Origin: Bacteroidia bacterium
GTDB taxonomy: Bacteria; Bacteroidota; Bacteroidia; M30B66
Assembly: GCA_965279035.1 (NCBI GenBank)
Contig: OZ257142.1
Location: 2,272,001 to 2,336,000 of the forward strand
Length of the DNA stretch: 64,000 nucleotides
Reading direction: 5' to 3'
Below, piece after piece: positions 9,101 to 17,483 of this stretch. Below the pieces are notes generated by a model. That model was given only the letters and a program-made list of their open reading frames with translations, was not told the DNA's origin and made no database searches. Within the stretch, counting starts at the first letter, position 1. Each line of letters starts with the position of its first letter. Made by a program: the position numbers and the translations under genes.

Positions 9101-10507
9101 TGTATTAATGGCTTTCTTTTGAGCCGCAGTATCAAGGTAAATTAGCATATTTCTACAGCTAATTAAATCCATATGCGAAAAAGGCGGATCACTTAGAATA
9201 TCATGCTTTGCAAAAATACACACATCCCGAATTGCTTTATTTATTTGATATACATCTTTCTTTTTAGAGAAAAAAGTAGAGATTCTTTGGGTTGAAACAT
9301 GTTTTAATTGTTTTGCAAAATATTCACCTTTTCGAGCTTCTTGTATTGATTCTTCACTCAAGTCAGATGCAAATAATTGAATTTTGCATGCCGAATTGTT
9401 TTTAACGAATTCTTCGAAAAAGAGCATGGCTATTGAATAAACTTCTTCTCCTGTTGAACATCCTGCAATCCAAACTCGAATCGTATCAGTATGTAATTTC
9501 CCTTTTATTAATTTGGGAATAACTTTTTCTTTTAAATAATGGAATGCTTCTGTATCACGAAAGAAATCTGTAACATGGATGAGCAAATCTTGAAAAAGCA
9601 ATACACTCTCTGTTTCATTTTTCAAATAAAATTCAGCATATTTTTTAACAGTTGTTAATTTCAATAATTGCAACCTTCTAAGTATTCTACGTCTTATCGT
9701 TGTTAATTTGTATAAACTAAAATCAACATTATATTTCTTAAATAGATGATGTAGAATTTTATTGAAATCAGGATTCTCCGTATCAATGGTATCATCTTGA
9801 TGAATAGATTCTTTATTAAATAATGAAAGTTCTTTTGATTGACTTATCTCCATTAATTTATGAGCCATTTCCTCCGGCGAAAGAATATAATCCACAACTC
9901 CAGCATCAATTGAAGATTGGGGCATGCTTTTAAATTTCGCCGAATTATCTTGAGCCATTGTAATGCCTCCAGCTTGTTTTATTTCGGTTAATCCACGTCT
10001 TCCATCACTTGCATTCCCAGAAAGTACAATTCCAATAATATTGCTCTTGTGTGTTAATGCTAGAGATGAAAAAAGAACATCAATGGATAAATTATACGAT
10101 TTGCTTTTCGGTCGTGGAATTAATTTAATATGACCATCGGTAACTTCAATGTCTCGATTATAGGGAATTACATATACATTATCAGGTTCCATTTTCTCCA
10201 TATCCTCAATGTCTTGAACTTTCATTTGAGTGACTTTGGATAGAATTGAAGTCAATATACTTTTATGGTCTGGGCTTAAATGTTGAACATAAATATAGGC
10301 CATTCCAGTTTTTTCCTTCAAGCAATTAAAAAGATTAGTTACGGCTTCTAAACCTCCTGCAGATGCTCCAATTGCGACTATTGTAAAATCTTTCTTTCTT
10401 GCCAATATTTCACTTGCGTTTTCATTTCTCTTAGTATTTAGTGTCTTTTGAAATTTATTATTTTGGATCAATTCGGGGGATTTATTTATTATTTTTTCCT
10501 TGGGCAT
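6170..10507 (-). CDS. CheB-CheR fusion, PAS-containing hybrid histidine kinase/response regulator
   Basis: CheB GASAGG/QH/SDG; CheR WIAGCSTGEE and DLISCRN; coiled coil SSNEELQSLNEELETSKEE; PAS domains; HisKA SHEIRTP; HATPase NAIKF/DTGIG/GTGLGL; receiver DIQMP. Confidence 0.93.
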   Translation of the reverse strand: MPKEKIINKSPELIQNNKFQKTLNTKRNENASEILARKKDFTIVAIGASAGGLEAVTNLFNCLKEKTGMAYIYVQHLSPDHKSILTSILSKVTQMKVQDIEDMEKMEPDNVYVIPYNRDIEVTDGHIKLIPRPKSKSYNLSIDVLFSSLALTHKSNIIGIVLSGNASDGRRGLTEIKQAGGITMAQDNSAKFKSMPQSSIDAGVVDYILSPEEMAHKLMEISQSKELSLFNKESIHQDDTIDTENPDFNKILHHLFKKYNVDFSLYKLTTIRRRILRRLQLLKLTTVKKYAEFYLKNETESVLLFQDLLIHVTDFFRDTEAFHYLKEKVIPKLIKGKLHTDTIRVWIAGCSTGEEVYSIAMLFFEEFVKNNSACKIQLFASDLSEESIQEARKGEYFAKQLKHVSTQRISTFFSKKKDVYQINKAIRDVCIFAKHDILSDPPFSHMDLISCRNMLIYLDTAAQKKAINTFHYALNQGGYLFLGKSETIGSSTNLFSLSSKKHKLYCRKSLSVSKRIPEIITRISLESDSKKTSSIKPIPKRIFPNSNKIDDFFDALLLDHYIPASVVINYNLEIILFRGATSHYLKHGSGKASLNILKMVHIGLAFELRNAIQLAKKLKNTVRKNALEIYSDSNNKTIQLVNIEVRPLMIDGEEPLLVIVFTGNKIHDDSEHSKKGIKSYTTNKDIRIKKLEAELAAVRAEMGTITHLHEEANDELQIVNEEIVSSNEELQSLNEELETSKEEIESTNEELIISNKEMHVRVQQIEDLYNYYETILTTIYEPMLILNKKFKIISANKSFYTLFKTSQNKCIGNSFFSIGNNQWNISILKDLLDNLVNKNKEFHQIEVEQDFTQIGTKTLLLNAHIVVQPKNNEELVVLTMNDITETKKLAFELQLKEKNELLENLRTERLNSKNIEESNKRYNILLLDSPFAISILKGEKMIITLANDSIKKLWGKGNDIEGKALFDVLAELKTSAFPELLRQVYLTGKPFYGTEMHTPLIRNKKLEDVYFSFVYQPYREADETISGVTIIAYDVTDQVKIKNELIEAKTIAVSDKKIAEIAVKAKQLFLSNMSHEIRTPMNSIIGFTNALLKTSINKEQKDFLTAIKLSGDALIVLINDILDLAKVDEGKMTFEKKTFNIRKAISAIKLLFEQKLEDKNLKFHIHYDPKLPSKIVGDELRLRQIIINLIENAIKFTEKGKIEFRIQLLSENKESIRILFSLKDTGIGIPKEKQKQIFDNFEQASENTTRLYGGTGLGLAIVKKLIELQGGKISLVSSPKKGSTFLFELDFIKEKGQIEDITVEDNSTQDLLSNPPKTDSTDKIILVVEDNALNRLLMKTLLIEYGCKYDFAEDGEIALNMIKSKKYDLILMDIQMPVMNGFEATSYIREKLKSNVPILALTADVTDLDIRKSKEVGMNDYITKPIDEKILFNKMDIYLNTSTNE

Positions 10508-10739
10508 AATGGTACTATTAGTTCTATAAAGGTATGCACATTCAATCTATTAAAAGTGAAAGAGAAATTAACAGGAATGTCAGTAATATAGATTATTTGA
10601 CTTCAAATTGAATTTGCATTTCTAGTATTGCGCCATTGGTTCAATTAATAATCTATTTAATAGATTATACTAATTCAATTGAATTAAAAAAAATCCCTAA
10701 TGGCTTTTTAAATGAGAAACTAGATTTTTATAATTGGAT

Positions 10740-10991
10740 TCAATGAATCAATTTATTTTGATTCTGAATTTGTTTTAATGAACGAATGATATCCTCTAAA
10801 CCGTTCGACTTAATAACGAGCATCGTTTGTAAAAGTTCTCCAAGTTTGCCTTCGGGAAAACCGTTTCTGCCAAACCATTCTAAATAACTTACTGGTAAAT
10901 CGCATATCAATACACTTTTATATTTGCCAAAAGGCATGCGCATTTTTACTAATTCTAAAAGGAGTTTATGATTAAATTGAGGTATTTCCAT
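10740..10991 (-). CDS. DUF3820 family protein
   Basis: MPFGKY..DLP..YLEWF..GFP.GKLG signature. Confidence 0.85.
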   Translation of the reverse strand: MEIPQFNHKLLLELVKMRMPFGKYKSVLICDLPVSYLEWFGRNGFPEGKLGELLQTMLVIKSNGLEDIIRSLKQIQNQNKLIH

Positions 10992-11314
10992 TTTGGGTTA
11001 TTATAAATCGATAAATGTGAATTTGGTAGAATTTTCAAGAATTGTCAATACTACTTATTTCTGGATGACTATCCTATAAATAAAATAGGCTAAATAAACT
11101 TTACAGCTGTATCAATGTTACATTAATCTTATTCAATCATATTTTAGTTTCTATATCGACTTAAGTAATAGAAATAGATTTGAGAGTTCAATCTACATTG
11201 CTGATAATAAGTAGCTTGGAAATTGTTTGTATGTACATCGATTTCTTATCATAAGTCAATGCACGTTTCGGTAGATAGGCTCAAATTTGCTTTCCTAATA
11301 AATCTAAAAAAAAC

Positions 11315-11893
11315 ATGAAAAAAATTGGAGTTTTTGTTGCCGCAATCATTGCGTTAGTTGCATTTAAACCACATGAGGAATCTACGTGGAATTCGGATAA
11401 GGCTCATGGAAGTCTTAAATTTTCTGTAGTGCACATGATGGTTTCGGATGTGGATGGATCGTTTAAAATTTTTGATGCAACAATTAAATCGAAGAAAGAA
11501 GATTTTTCGGATGCAGTTGTTGAATTGAAAGCAGAAACAAGTTCAATCAATACTGACAATGAGCAACGCGATGGACATTTGAAAAGTGCGGACTTTTTTG
11601 ATGCCGCAAAGTTTCCAGCTTTAAATTTCAAAAGCGTAACATTTACTAAAGTAGCCGATAAAACGTATAAAATAGTTGGTAATTTAACAATGCATGGAGT
11701 AACACGTTCTGTTACACTACAAGCTGTTTTGAAAGGAATGGTAGAAAATCCGATGATGAAGAAAATGGTTGCTGGATTTAAAGTTTCAGGTACTATCAAA
11801 CGTAGCGATTTTGGGATTGGTGCAACAACACCAACTGCAGTAGTAAGCGATGAAATTGAAATTGTATCAAACATCGAATTTATCAAGCAATAA
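11315..11893 (+). CDS. yceI: YceI family polyisoprenoid-binding protein
   Basis: Signal peptide; D.AH..F.V.H, RDGHLKSADFFD, GNLTMHGVT, RSDFGIG. Confidence 0.92.
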   Translation: MKKIGVFVAAIIALVAFKPHEESTWNSDKAHGSLKFSVVHMMVSDVDGSFKIFDATIKSKKEDFSDAVVELKAETSSINTDNEQRDGHLKSADFFDAAKFPALNFKSVTFTKVADKTYKIVGNLTMHGVTRSVTLQAVLKGMVENPMMKKMVAGFKVSGTIKRSDFGIGATTPTAVVSDEIEIVSNIEFIKQ

Positions 11894-11914
11894 GAATTTG
11901 CACACCATACATTG

Positions 11915-11947
11915 TAAAAGGCAGAATTCAATCTCTGCCTTTTTTTA
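11915..11947 (+). terminator. Intrinsic terminator after yceI
   Basis: AAAAGGCAGA...TCTGCCTTTTTTT. Confidence 0.8.
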
Positions 11948-11982
11948 TGTTTAAATGTTCCATTCCTTCTTATTTTTGGAGC

Positions 11983-12561
11983 ATGTTTGAGCATCTGAAA
12001 AAATACATGGTTGACAAATTTCAATTGGATGAAAATCAAGTTGAAAAAATTCGGGATGTATTTATTCCCCACTTTATTAAAAAAGGCGAATCATTTTTAG
12101 TGCAAGGTGAAATTTGCAAGCAGGGTGCTTTTGTTACTCAAGGTTGTTTGCGAAGCTTTGTTACCGATTCAAAAGGCAAAGAGCATGTTATTCAGTTTGC
12201 TCCCGAAAATTGGTGGATTGCAGAACAATTAAGTATGTCGAGAAATAAACCTGCGATGTATGGCATTGATGCAATAGAAGACACACATTGTTTGACGTTT
12301 ACAAAAGAATATTATTCCAGATTGAATGAATTAAATCCACAAGCAAATGAACTTTTCAATTCCTTATTTATGAATAGTTTTCATGCTATGCAGAAACGAT
12401 TAATTAGTCATTTGAGTGCAACTGGAGAAGAACGTTATCTCGATTTTATTAAAACATATGCTGTATTAGCAAACCGAATCCCTCAAAAAATGATTGCTTC
12501 ATATTTAGGAATTACACCCGAAACATTAAGTAGAATTCGGAAGGAACTTGTTCGAAAATAG
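11983..12561 (+). CDS. Crp/Fnr family transcriptional regulator
   Basis: cNMP-binding fold and C-terminal IASYLGITPETLSRIR helix-turn-helix. Start placed at ATG 11983 because the track start overlaps the terminator. Confidence 0.9.
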   Translation: MFEHLKKYMVDKFQLDENQVEKIRDVFIPHFIKKGESFLVQGEICKQGAFVTQGCLRSFVTDSKGKEHVIQFAPENWWIAEQLSMSRNKPAMYGIDAIEDTHCLTFTKEYYSRLNELNPQANELFNSLFMNSFHAMQKRLISHLSATGEERYLDFIKTYAVLANRIPQKMIASYLGITPETLSRIRKELVRK

Positions 12562-12618
12562 CCATTCGAAATTTTAAACTTAAATGTATATGTTTGTTTA
12601 AATTCAAAAACGATATTG

Positions 12619-12942
12619 ATGCTAGGAATTTTACTCATTTATTTTATTTGGAAGTATTTTAATGAATTGGCTTTTGATTATGATAAACCCAATCGTTGGA
12701 TATACAGTGTTTTGGGCATTGTGGTATATTATGCTGGTACTTTTTTGGGTGGAATTATTATTGGCTTGATTTCTATTTATATTTTGGAAAAGGATATAGA
12801 TCAAGTAAATGATATTCTTTTAAACTTGATTTCAATTCCTTTTGGGATGGGAACTTGTTGGCTTTTTTATTTCCTCTTAAAAAAGCAATGGGAAAAATCA
12901 AAAAGGCCTATCGATTCTGACATTTTAGATCAGAATTTTTAA
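12619..12942 (+). CDS. Hypothetical three-TM membrane protein
   Basis: Three hydrophobic helices and an acidic C-terminal ILDQ tail. Confidence 0.7.
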   Translation: MLGILLIYFIWKYFNELAFDYDKPNRWIYSVLGIVVYYAGTFLGGIIIGLISIYILEKDIDQVNDILLNLISIPFGMGTCWLFYFLLKKQWEKSKRPIDSDILDQNF

Positions 12943-13019
12943 AGAGATTTCTATTTAAAAGGTTGAATTAAATTTTGAAAAAGATTGATTACGATTAAAT
13001 GTCTGTAATTTATCAATGA

Positions 13020-13143
13020 GCAGTAGGTTCCGATAGCTATCGGAATGCAGTGAATAGCCAGCAGCGTATGGCGAAGCCTTGGCGAAGTCATACAAAAGGA
13101 CTAGCCCTATAAGGGCGAGCAGCGAAAAGCCCGGGAACTGCCC
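13020..13143 (+). repeat. Composite Flavo-1-like structured repeat, copy 1
   Basis: Scaffold GCAGT...TGCAGTG...AGCGAAAAGCCCG-GGAACTGCCC. Contains the perfect 18-bp palindrome TTCCGATAGCTATCGGAA (13028-13045) and an AGCCTTGGCGAAG module shared with 48793-48908. Confidence 0.6.
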
Positions 13144-13176
13144 AAAAAAAGCCGAAACCATTGCTGATTTCGGCTT
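13144..13176 (-). terminator. Terminator of the porin-Rieske-imelysin-diheme operon
   Basis: AAGCCGAAA...TTTCGGCTT hairpin with an A7 tract on + (U tract on -). Confidence 0.75.
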
Positions 13177-13195
13177 AATACTGCTCGGGTTGGGT

Positions 13196-14581
13196 TTAAA
13201 GCGATTTTAAAAAGGCGAGCAATGCTTGACGATCGTTTGTTGATAGGTTTTTAAATGCTTGACGCGATGCATCTCCTTCGCCTCCATGCCATAGTATAGC
13301 TTCAGTAAAATTACGAGCTCGACCATCATGCAGAAAATTAGTATGTCCATTCACAACACTTGTTAGTCCAATTCCCCAGAGTGGAGCTGTTCTCCATTCT
13401 TTACCATTGGCTTCGAATTCAGGACGATTATCTGCAAGTTCATCGCCCATATCATGGAGCAGTAAATCGGTATAAGGGAAAATGACTTGATTGGAGATTT
13501 CGGGAAATACGACATTCACACCAGTACGTTGCATTGGCGTGTGACAAGAAGCACATCCAATGCTAGTGAAAATGGATTTTCCTTGTTTTACTTCGGCATT
13601 TTCGACATCGCGGCGCGCTGGAACGGCTAAAGTTTGAATATAAAATGAAACAGCATGCAAAATACTATCACTCAGTTCGACATGTGAATTAGCTGCACTT
13701 TGTTGTGGCTGACCGTAAACACTTTCGAGCGTGAAAATAGGATTACTAATGCCCATATCTTCCACATAAGCACCGGCACTTTGTTGAATAATACTAGGTT
13801 GCCCAGCCTTCCATCCAAATCGTCCCATGGAAAATCGATTTTTTTGAACTTCCCAAACACGGTTGGATTTACCAGAAATACCATCGTTGTTCTGATCTAA
13901 AACATCTTCATTCGCTAGGAGATTGGTTTCAGGTATAGCTTCCAATAAACCCAATCCGAAAACGGGAGAAGCAAGACGTGCCGATAGCATCAAATTAGAA
14001 GGAAGGGTTGTATAGCAGTTGATTAGATTAATTACAGGCTGACGGAGTTCATATTCTTCTCCATCATTCAAAATTCCATGAATATAGGAATAGGAATAAT
14101 CCACATCACCTTCTTTGGGAACTCCATAAATAGAACGTGTTTGAAATTGACCACCATACCCTGGAACACCAAGCGGACCGCCATGTTCGTTTGTTCCGGG
14201 AACGCTAATTCGAATAAGTAATGAAGATAGGGCTTCACCTGAATTAGGTGCTTTTCCACGTCCATCTGCAATGTGACAACTTCCACAGGAAACATTGTTA
14301 TAAACAGGACCAAGTCCACCCACATTGGGCACATTACCACTTATAAATGTTTCGGCAAAACCTACATCCCCAATTTCATGTGTGCGATTTTTAGCGGATG
14401 ATAAATTGGGAAAAGCTGAATTAAATGCACCTGCACCAGCATTGAACACGGTTTGACTACCGCCTGAAAGCCATTCATTTTGGGATTCTTCAGGAAATTC
14501 ATCGGGCTTGGTACATGCAGAAAATGTACAAGCAAGTACGATAAAACAAATCGTGTGTGGAAATGGTATGTATCGTAGCAT
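13196..14581 (-). CDS. Di-heme oxidoreductase family (DHOR/DUF1111-like) lipoprotein
   Basis: Heme motifs CGSCH and CASCH; GLGP.YN, GRFGWKA, YTDLLLHDMG, WRTAPLWG, LHDGRAR; lipobox FSAC. Confidence 0.9.
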   Translation of the reverse strand: MLRYIPFPHTICFIVLACTFSACTKPDEFPEESQNEWLSGGSQTVFNAGAGAFNSAFPNLSSAKNRTHEIGDVGFAETFISGNVPNVGGLGPVYNNVSCGSCHIADGRGKAPNSGEALSSLLIRISVPGTNEHGGPLGVPGYGGQFQTRSIYGVPKEGDVDYSYSYIHGILNDGEEYELRQPVINLINCYTTLPSNLMLSARLASPVFGLGLLEAIPETNLLANEDVLDQNNDGISGKSNRVWEVQKNRFSMGRFGWKAGQPSIIQQSAGAYVEDMGISNPIFTLESVYGQPQQSAANSHVELSDSILHAVSFYIQTLAVPARRDVENAEVKQGKSIFTSIGCASCHTPMQRTGVNVVFPEISNQVIFPYTDLLLHDMGDELADNRPEFEANGKEWRTAPLWGIGLTSVVNGHTNFLHDGRARNFTEAILWHGGEGDASRQAFKNLSTNDRQALLAFLKSL

Positions 14582-14584
14582 GAA

Positions 14585-15670
14585 TTATTGAATGCGTTGT
14601 TGAACCAATGGAAGTAATTGATTTTCGAGTGTTTCTTTTAATGTAGTGATTTGATTTTTTGCTTGAATAATCAAGGCTGATTGTGATATGATAGCAAGTC
14701 CAAACGGATCGGTGATCGCATTTAGGGAAGCAATTGCTTGATTGATGTTTTGTTTGATTTGATTATCGAGCGATAGGTTATACACGCGAACAAAATCCTC
14801 GATTCCTTTTCCGTTTGATGCATACGAACCGAGGTAAATATTGTGCACACTTTGAATGTTATTTCTGAAATCATTCATGGAGTTTTGTGCATAAGGAGAT
14901 TCTTCGAGTGCTGGATTTTGGGCTTCGAAAGGTTCTCCAATTTTTCCTGAAGCAACTTCCTCACAAATGGCAATCATTGCATTCACTAATTCTTCGAATG
15001 CCTCTCGTTGGTTTGAATACACATCGCTTCCAATCCCTGCATTTTTAAATTTCAACAAATAATTCCCCGCTGAATTTACATCCCATTGTTTGGAAACCTG
15101 ATAACACAATGCTTGTAAATTTTCAGTTAATGCAAATAGAAAACTAAGTTCCCTAACACTTAATTGATCGGCTGTTTTATTTCCATTGATACCGAAAAGC
15201 AAATATTCAATTGGATGAAAGCCTTTGAGTGCATCTTGCAATTGATCAATGTATTCGGGTGTGAATTCAACAGAAGAATATAAAATACTATCTAGGTCGA
15301 TACAGTTTATTGGCCATGTATCAATACGCGGATCAATGTTTTCGGTAGAAACTGGACCAAATAAAAATCCTTCCGATTGTTCCCAAGCAGCTCGCGTGAG
15401 ACGCCATTCGTTTTGACATTTTTGAAGTTGATCTTCTGTTTTGTTTGATTGAAGCAACAGAATTTCATTTTTCAATGAAACCGAATGGGCATACATATCT
15501 GAATAAGTAGAAGCAATAACATACGAACTCAAATCGGATAAGATTGCTTGCCTGCTTGCTATGTCATCTATCAAATCAGGCTCTTCGTTTTTTTTACAAG
15601 AACCTAATAAGATAAATGTCAACACGACCAATGAGGTATAGTTAAAAAATGATTTCGGGTAAATCATCAT
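14585..15670 (-). CDS. Imelysin family (peptidase M75/IrpA-like) iron-regulated lipoprotein
   Basis: GFHPIEY (GxHxxE) motif, WE.SE.FLFGP, D.WP, ESPYA.NS; lipobox LGSC. Confidence 0.9.
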   Translation of the reverse strand: MMIYPKSFFNYTSLVVLTFILLGSCKKNEEPDLIDDIASRQAILSDLSSYVIASTYSDMYAHSVSLKNEILLLQSNKTEDQLQKCQNEWRLTRAAWEQSEGFLFGPVSTENIDPRIDTWPINCIDLDSILYSSVEFTPEYIDQLQDALKGFHPIEYLLFGINGNKTADQLSVRELSFLFALTENLQALCYQVSKQWDVNSAGNYLLKFKNAGIGSDVYSNQREAFEELVNAMIAICEEVASGKIGEPFEAQNPALEESPYAQNSMNDFRNNIQSVHNIYLGSYASNGKGIEDFVRVYNLSLDNQIKQNINQAIASLNAITDPFGLAIISQSALIIQAKNQITTLKETLENQLLPLVQQRIQ

Positions 15671-15679
15671 GGTTTTAGA

Positions 15680-16108
15680 TTAAGTAATATCAATCAAAAG
15701 TGATAAAGCATCATCCGATAGTTTTATAGGAAAATGTTTGAGGGCTTGGGTTGCTGGAGCTTTGGTGACATTTCCATCGAGAGAAAATGTGCTTCCATGG
15801 CTAGGACAGAATATTTGTTGATCAGACACCGAAACAGCTTCATTTCGATGTGTGCATTGGAGCAATGTGGCTCTGAATTGTCCACTTGCAAATTGATGAA
15901 CGAATATGTCGAATTCGAGATCGGGTGTGCGAACGAGCAAACGTTTTCCTTCGGCAAAAGAAGACAAAGGAACGTTAAGTATATTTTTGGTTGGTTTCAC
16001 TTTCACCATAGGATAGCTTGTACAAGCCGATTGTGTTAAAAGCGTTGTTCCAACAAGTGCGCAGGCCCCTATTTTTACCGAATGGTTGATGAAGTTTCGT
16101 CTGTTCAT
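15680..16108 (-). CDS. Rieske [2Fe-2S] protein with Tat signal
   Basis: RRNFI twin-arginine motif, possible lipobox QSAC, ligands CTH...CPSH, GS.F..DG.V..AP. Confidence 0.88.
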   Translation of the reverse strand: MNRRNFINHSVKIGACALVGTTLLTQSACTSYPMVKVKPTKNILNVPLSSFAEGKRLLVRTPDLEFDIFVHQFASGQFRATLLQCTHRNEAVSVSDQQIFCPSHGSTFSLDGNVTKAPATQALKHFPIKLSDDALSLLIDIT

Positions 16109-16109
16109 A

Positions 16110-17327
16110 TTAGAATGAATATCCAGCTCCTAAATTGATAAAGCCATTGCTGTTGAAATAGGGCAGGGCAGATGGGTAAGGTGTTAAGACAAGTGATGGA
16201 TTAGGTGTTCCAGTTATCCGATGAACATAATCGAGTTTTACAACTACACCACGAACTGGCATATAGGTGATTCCGGATACAAAAAACTGTTTGTTTTGAG
16301 ATGGATCATGGATGCCGTTAATAGGAACTTCAGCATTCAAATCCATAGCTTCGGCACGTGCAAATACCACTAAACTTCGTTCAGTTTTTGGGTTAAAAGC
16401 TTTGAGGATATTATATCCAACTTCTGCATAAGCGCCCCACATTTTGCCTGGAGTATTATTCGCATAAGCACGGTTAATCGAAGCGGCATCTTTGATTGTA
16501 CTTAATGATCCTAAAACTTTAAACTCAAAGCCATTGGGATTTTGATATTGAACATTGGCTTCGGTCAAAAAAACGGGTGTTCCTAAAACACCTGAATTCA
16601 ATTGTAAACTATCTGCTACACGCTTTACCAATCCAGCACTTCCTCCATAATAGGCTGATGCTTGAAAACGAAATCCTTGTCGATAATACAATAGCGCTCC
16701 AGTGAACGCCAAATTTCCAGCACTGGCATTATTTCCTTCAAAACGGCCTTCACGAATTCCATTGCCTCCTCCAAAATTTTGAGAGTTCAATCCGTTCATT
16801 ATGGCGCATGAGTAATTAAATCCCGGAATGCGTCGGCTTCTTCCATAAAGACTTACTCCGATCTCACGCCATGTTGATGGAATGAGTAGTTGTTCTACAA
16901 AAGGACGATCGTTTCCGTTGAAGATTGTTGGCAAGTGATTCTCATTCACAATTCCGATTCTAGGGATGAATAAACCAGCAGTTATGTAAACGTCGTTATT
17001 GATACCAAACTTCAAGAAAAGCTGCTCCATGCTAATTTCGCCGGAAAGACTTCCTCCTACAATTTTAGCATCTTCCAATTCCATTTCAGAGAAAAACGAA
17101 ATGCGCTTATTGAATTTGTGTCCAAAGAAAAGTACGTTCCGAGTTAAGTTCGCTTTCGCCGTTTTATAACGTGTATCATACTCTGCTTTAAACTGACCAT
17201 ATCCCGAAAGAACGGTTGGGTTTGAACTTGGAGTTAATCCTGCATGCAGCGAATCTTCACGGGTAACAAGCTGTGCATTAATTTGGAGACTGATAAATGA
17301 AAAAAGGAAAATAGAAATGCGTTTCAT
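16110..17327 (-). CDS. Outer-membrane porin (OprO/P-like beta-barrel)
   Basis: Signal peptide; FFSEMELE, NENH.P..F, IP.TWRE.G; C-terminal GAGYSF beta-signal. Confidence 0.75.
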   Translation of the reverse strand: MKRISIFLFSFISLQINAQLVTREDSLHAGLTPSSNPTVLSGYGQFKAEYDTRYKTAKANLTRNVLFFGHKFNKRISFFSEMELEDAKIVGGSLSGEISMEQLFLKFGINNDVYITAGLFIPRIGIVNENHLPTIFNGNDRPFVEQLLIPSTWREIGVSLYGRSRRIPGFNYSCAIMNGLNSQNFGGGNGIREGRFEGNNASAGNLAFTGALLYYRQGFRFQASAYYGGSAGLVKRVADSLQLNSGVLGTPVFLTEANVQYQNPNGFEFKVLGSLSTIKDAASINRAYANNTPGKMWGAYAEVGYNILKAFNPKTERSLVVFARAEAMDLNAEVPINGIHDPSQNKQFFVSGITYMPVRGVVVKLDYVHRITGTPNPSLVLTPYPSALPYFNSNGFINLGAGYSF

Positions 17328-17356
17328 TGATTAGAAATTCTTCTGTTTAGGTGGTG

Positions 17357-17396
17357 CAAATATAGAAAATGAGTCTATTTAGATTTGGTCTAAATA
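17357..17396 (-). promoter_or_regulatory. -7 promoter box plus Fur-like palindrome
   Basis: TATATTTG on the - strand (17357-17364); inverted repeat TATTTAGA-N5-TCTAAATA (17376-17396) lies over the promoter. Confidence 0.75.
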
Positions 17397-17417
17397 AGAA
17401 TAGATTGAATATAAAAT

Positions 17418-17466
17418 AAAAAAATCCTGTTGATAAACGTGTATCTGTCTATCAATCAGGATTTAA
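17418..17466 (-). terminator. Terminator after parC
   Basis: AAATCCTG-TTGATA...TATCAATCAGGATTT hairpin with an A tract on +. Confidence 0.7.
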
Positions 17467-17483
17467 AATGGAGTAAAAAAATA

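Noticed and set aside
3706-10740. Genomic island integrated at tRNA-Leu
   Set aside because: No integrase and no duplicated tRNA-Leu 3' end were found, and core tig directly follows the tRNA.
11404-12072. 222-aa minus-strand ORF
   Set aside because: Antisense to the well-supported yceI and Crp genes, and it crosses a terminator.
12955-13161. 68-aa minus-strand ORF
   Set aside because: It lies across the palindromic repeat element and the operon terminator; better explained as non-coding.
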